This document shows, piece after piece, positions 61,201 through 64,000 of a DNA stretch of 64,000 nucleotides. The stretch comes from Phoronis australis (lineage: Eukaryota > Animalia > Phoronida): assembly GCA_002633005.1 (NCBI GenBank), contig NMRA01000074.1, positions 206,187 to 270,186 on the forward strand, given 5' to 3'. The translations under genes and the position numbers were made by a program. The notes under the pieces were generated by a model, which worked only from the letters and a program-made list of their open reading frames with translations, was not told the DNA's origin and made no database searches. The stretch's first letter is position 1; each line of letters begins with the position of its first letter.

Positions 61201-62671
61201 AACGTGCTACAGGCCTTCAATCACTGCAGCAATGATTACGATGCTTTGGTCACTGGCTTTTATCAACTCTTCTGATGCTCAGGTTGTGGTCGAATGTAAT
61301 TTGTAAAGCTACTGCGGCAAGACAATATAAGTCCCGAATGCCGACACAAGTTCAATGAGCCATCTGATCCAAGCAAAGTGATCGCAGAGAGTGATAGAAA
61401 CTTTTTAAGCACAAATGATCTCTGCACTACAATGGTCTCGTATCCACAAAAAAGGTTTACCTGAAGCAGATATTGGGGAGGAACTGCGTTTTCATCTTTG
61501 ACAAACCACTTATCCATCAATAGGCTAGAGTCCTTTGATATGTGATTATGAGTGATGTCTCTCAGGACCTCATACTGGGAGGCATCAACCAATGAAGGGA
61601 GAGGCCTGTAGCCATAGCGCTCACCAAGGATTGCCTGCATGTAATAATAACAGTAAATATAAATATCAATTATATAATAGTAAATGACTAAGAAACATTA
61701 CCCTAGTTAAATTAATGATGTCACGTATTTTGCATTCTTTTTAATCAAACTTGCACTTCAACTACTTACACCCAAGGGGCTAATATTAAACTATTAATCA
61801 CCTTGAGTCAGAGATACAGATTGACTAATAATTGATCTTATATTTTTCAAGCCAATCTTGAACTAGAAGATACTGTAACATGTGATTTAGTAACACCACA
61901 TCGGATAAGCCTTGAAAAGGTTCCCCATAACATTTACCCCTCCAGGAAGCGAAGATGAAACAAAGCTTTATTCCAGTAAGCACACAAGTCCCTCTATGCA
62001 TAATGTCATGCAACAACTTACAGCAAAGTGAGGACCAAGAGACACGCTCTTGCATCTTGCTAACTCTGACATACATAGGACCGAGGTCAAATGATCATTC
62101 AATGCATTGTCAGTCACGCCCCAACGCATATCAACAGTTTGAAACTCTAGACCGAGGCCATTGCAGAAATCTTCCAACTCGGGAAAGCACTTAGAGTTGA
62201 GAATGTTTCTTTCATCCTGCATGTCTATAATAAAGAATGACATCCTCACATCAGTGAAAAAGACAAAAAACACCTTTTCATACCAACATAACTCTGATTT
62301 CTGGATTACACATTTTTTACACTGTGAGAATAAGACAACTGCAGCTTCAAATATCATGCACAAAAACGAGACCAGCGTGGCTTTAAATATCAGGCATGAA
62401 ATACCTTACCAGAGTGCCTTCAAATACCATGCATAGAACATGTCATAGTGGCTTTAAATTTCAAGCATAAAAACATCACAATTAGTGCAGCTCTAACACG
62501 ATGCACAAAGCATGACCAACCTGCAAATGTAGAGCTGATGAATAGCCTAACCACTTTAGATGGCAGAGCAGGAAGGCTGGTCAGATCACCACGGATGATG
62601 TTGGACACACGCTCATCCGTCAACTTGCACTGACCATAGAGAGGTATAGCAGGCAAGGCTGAAATGTCCAT
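43057..62671 (-). CDS. NWD1/NWD2: NACHT and WD40 repeat protein (NWD1/NWD2-like; DUF4062-NACHT-WD40), 19 coding exons, ~1694 aa
   Basis: Phase-consistent minus-strand exons: 62671-62521, 62224-62022, 61634-61461, 60264-60078, 59633-58285, 57295-57153, 56784-56674, 56203-55953, 54925-54242, 53471-53238, 52563-52183, 50444-50229, 47742-47591, 47042-46922, 46460-46369, 45282-45031, 44349-44286, 43970-43864, 43269-43057 (5085 nt in total). Motifs: VRLFISSTFADMQDERN, DMRWG, LGERYGYRPLP, DENAVP, SVTEQEI, Walker A GQSGCGKTS, Walker B IILDAIDQL, EDLLSC, WYHQQF, RKLQLLPHH, C-terminal WD-like repeats. Confidence 0.92.
43864..43970 (-). CDS. NWD1/NWD2: NWD exon (VSGDGDLVVTSDNSCHVTVWNAQSG...DSL)
   Basis: Clear WD repeat; phase 1/0. 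Confidence 0.85.
44286..44349 (-). CDS. NWD1/NWD2: NWD exon (EKVKTCQV...IISYQ)
   Basis: Phase 0/1; AG|GTAAGC donor. Confidence 0.75.
45031..45282 (-). CDS. NWD1/NWD2: NWD exon (INAIGV...LHFWNITSQ)
   Basis: Phase 0/0; WD-like 'LHFWN'. Confidence 0.8.
46369..46460 (-). CDS. NWD1/NWD2: NWD exon (GIAVEMYNINED...DTLK)
   Basis: Phase 1/0; canonical splice sites. Confidence 0.72.
46627..46716. repeat. Degenerate (GAT/GAC/GGC)n trinucleotide repeat
   Basis: gatgatgatgacggtgatgatg...gatggcgatgatgatggc, intronic. Confidence 0.8.
46922..47042 (-). CDS. NWD1/NWD2: NWD exon (MWEVGTW...KSEQ)
   Basis: tttgcag acceptor; phase 0/1. Confidence 0.75.
47591..47742 (-). CDS. NWD1/NWD2: NWD exon (GKHVKDLPH...SHEVM)
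   Basis: Hand translation; phase 1/0, GTAAGA donor. Confidence 0.78.
48628..48822 (+). repeat. Copy of the repeat at 37629-37826
   Basis: Direct similarity over ~200 bp. Confidence 0.8.
49537..49888 (-). repeat. Interspersed repeat; copy of 19707-20081
   Basis: Reverse-complement similarity over ~350 bp. Confidence 0.85.
50229..50444 (-). CDS. NWD1/NWD2: NWD WD40-region exon
   Basis: 'LYSASNNGSIMNW' and 'IKIWATDTG'; phase 1/1. Confidence 0.85.
50747..50912. mobile_element. hAT-type MITE
   Basis: TIR cagtgctgtagtgg / ccactacagcattg; 8-bp TSD accttaat / acctaaat (7/8); internal gtaggtgc / gcctac subrepeats. Confidence 0.8.
52183..52563 (-). CDS. NWD1/NWD2: NWD WD40-region exon
   Basis: 'GFENGLIGVFHVDSGELVRELKH'; donor AG|GTGAGA. 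Confidence 0.85.
53238..53471 (-). CDS. NWD1/NWD2: NWD WD40-region exon
   Basis: 'LYIWNESSGE' WD-like motif; phase 1/1. Confidence 0.85.
53964..54062. repeat. 19-bp tandem repeat, ~5 copies
   Basis: tggtgaagaatgcttacca units. Confidence 0.9.
54242..54925 (-). CDS. NWD1/NWD2: NWD exon (helical linker and start of the WD region)
   Basis: Lies within the 279-aa ORF; LAGEIIGRL and CLGPP motifs; phase 1/1. Confidence 0.88.
55323..55676. mobile_element. Foldback/MITE with ~105-bp imperfect arms
   Basis: aacagagattttaaaaatatt / aatatttttaaaatctctgtt; tgttgataatggcatt / aatgccattatcaaca; ttttgaaacaggtt / aacctgtttcaaaa. Confidence 0.8.
55953..56203 (-). CDS. NWD1/NWD2: NWD exon (LHSAF...ADRKVAKQPL..NHRKLQLLPHH...WLCTKLK)
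   Basis: DR.V..QPL and N.RKL..LP.H motifs; phase 2/1. Confidence 0.9.
56448..56577. repeat. 45-bp degenerate tandem repeat x3
   Basis: ggattaa...gttcatttcatgtaccaag at 56448, 56493 and 56538. Confidence 0.85.
56674..56784 (-). CDS. NWD1/NWD2: NWD exon (WYHQQFMDTVARRY...)
   Basis: WYH.QF motif; phase 2/2. Confidence 0.85.
57153..57295 (-). CDS. NWD1/NWD2: NWD exon (VMIEVYQYHDPP...PSLLWARI...ISW)
   Basis: Hand translation; P..LW.R motif; phase 0/2. Confidence 0.88.
57366..57592. mobile_element. Degenerate palindromic MITE
   Basis: tataaagttggt / accaggtttata; cgaagaacag / ctgttcttcg; tgagatca / tgatctca, symmetrically placed. Confidence 0.6.
58285..59633 (-). CDS. NWD1/NWD2: NWD exon encoding the NACHT NTPase domain
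   Basis: 457-aa ORF; Walker A GQSGCGKTS, RFLGTTP, Walker B LDAIDQL. Confidence 0.95.
60078..60264 (-). CDS. NWD1/NWD2: NWD exon (PVDTHF...QWWAEFTKLQTAI...FTRS)
   Basis: Hand translation; phase 0/1 joins into SVTEQEI. Confidence 0.85.
61461..61634 (-). CDS. NWD1/NWD2: NWD exon (AILGERYGYRPLP...DENAVPPQYLLQ)
   Basis: Canonical splice sites; family motifs. Confidence 0.92.
62022..62224 (-). CDS. NWD1/NWD2: NWD exon, DUF4062 (DMQDERN...DMRWG...LGPHFA)
   Basis: Canonical splice sites; NWD-family motifs. Confidence 0.92.
62521..62671 (-). CDS. NWD1/NWD2: NWD first coding exon (MDISALP...VRLFISSTFA)
   Basis: ATG at 62671, start of DUF4062, donor G|GTTGGT. Confidence 0.85.
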
Positions 62672-64000
62672 CACATTAAAAAGCAGTCAAAAACTGAATG
62701 ATAGACTTGAAATTAATATGTAACCTATCGTATATTTGACCAAGTTAAAGGCCATTCCACAACATTTAGACTATTGAGGCAATTTCGCCCCTAATTGCAT
62801 ACACCAGAGTTTAGTTCCTAGGTTGCTGAAAACTAGTATATGAGGATTCAACAAAAATAATATAACATTTCTCAAACAAGAGAATTTGAAACTATCATTT
62901 CCTTGAGAAATAGAACGTTTTTAGAATCCGTAAAAATAATTTGATAAGACAGAGCACTCAAGGCTTCTGTTATCTATTGAGAATAAACCTTATTCGGAAC
63001 AGATTCAAACCCAAATGTGACGAGAGTCGATGTCCAAGTTGAACAAGTACACTTACCGTCCACATTATTGAATACATCTTTTTCAGTGCTGAAACAGAAA
63101 AAATATAAATCATATCAATTAATCTGACCATTGTGTCCTTTACAAATTATAACTTTTCAGATTTGCACTTATCGACTTTGCGATTGCAGTAGCCAAAAAT
63201 GACAAAAACATTGACGATTTCATGAAAGTCACAGCAGAAATAACAAAAAAAATATTTATACAAATATTTATGGGCTGGGAGGTGCAACCTGCCTCCAAAA
63301 TTTTGTAGATTTTCCAAATGTACATGAGATCAACACTGCAGGTACTATGCTTTTGCCTTTGATAGAAGATTTCACCATATCAATTGACTTAATTGACTCA
63401 GACTCAATTAACATTAAAAGTGGTCCAGAAACTCATCCAAAAGTTCTAAACAAATTTCATATTTCCAATTAAAATGTTTGCACACTCAACTGCAGACTCC
63501 AGGGCGTGGGAGCTAAATACAGCCACATATACAGGTAGAACTTGCATGAAAAGATTTACTCGTATGCCAAAAAAGTTTATTCCTTAAAAAATGGAGTTAT
63601 CACATTTTGTACAGAAAATTCTGTTTTCATTGAGGTGAGTAACAAATAATCACAACTAGAAGAAAGTCCCAATGATAACATACATCTCCTTAGACAGACG
63701 TGACGGGGCTGAGTGATTCTTTTTGATTGGCTGAAGCTTGCCACCAGGTAGAATAGCCTTGCCTCGACGGTAGTATCCATGACGACCTCCAATAGGCGAC
63801 ACTCTAAAACTACCCACAGCGCTTCGATTAAATGTCCTTGTATCCATGGTTCATTTTTCAGCATTACTGAAAGCCAAGCAATTATTATAAACATTACTTA
63901 ACAATAACACTAAGATGAAACAAGAATGTGTGACTGTACACCTATTGTCCAACTCCATACATTAATTACAAAAATGTATTCACACCAGAATCAAAAACCT

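Noticed and set aside
63480-63830. NWD promoter (GC-box-like and CCAAT words)
   Set aside because: Short motifs that could occur by chance; transcription start unknown

Overview
AT-rich eukaryotic genomic DNA, most likely from an invertebrate animal, in a draft assembly (442-N gap at 20141-20582, single-N join at 39517). It holds two convergent intron-rich genes, which I assembled by hand from splice sites and reading-frame phase. (1) On the + strand, 3288-41154: a divergent iRhom (RHBDF-like inactive rhomboid) with 16-17 coding exons, ~960-980 aa, and one probable GC-AG intron. Its last exon appears twice because 1.37 kb is duplicated across the N, probably two haplotypes. (2) On the - strand, 62671-43057: an NWD1/NWD2-like DUF4062-NACHT-WD40 STAND protein with 19 coding exons, ~1694 aa. 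The introns carry many MITEs and foldback elements, an L1/Tx1-type RT relic, a TA-bounded element with a decayed HIRAN ORF, and minisatellites. The most unusual structure is an 885-bp non-coding element at 31600-32484 made of three interlocking perfect inverted repeats (A-B-A'-C-B'-C'), reminiscent of DIRS ITR/ICR architecture. All family assignments rest on motif recognition, not database searches.
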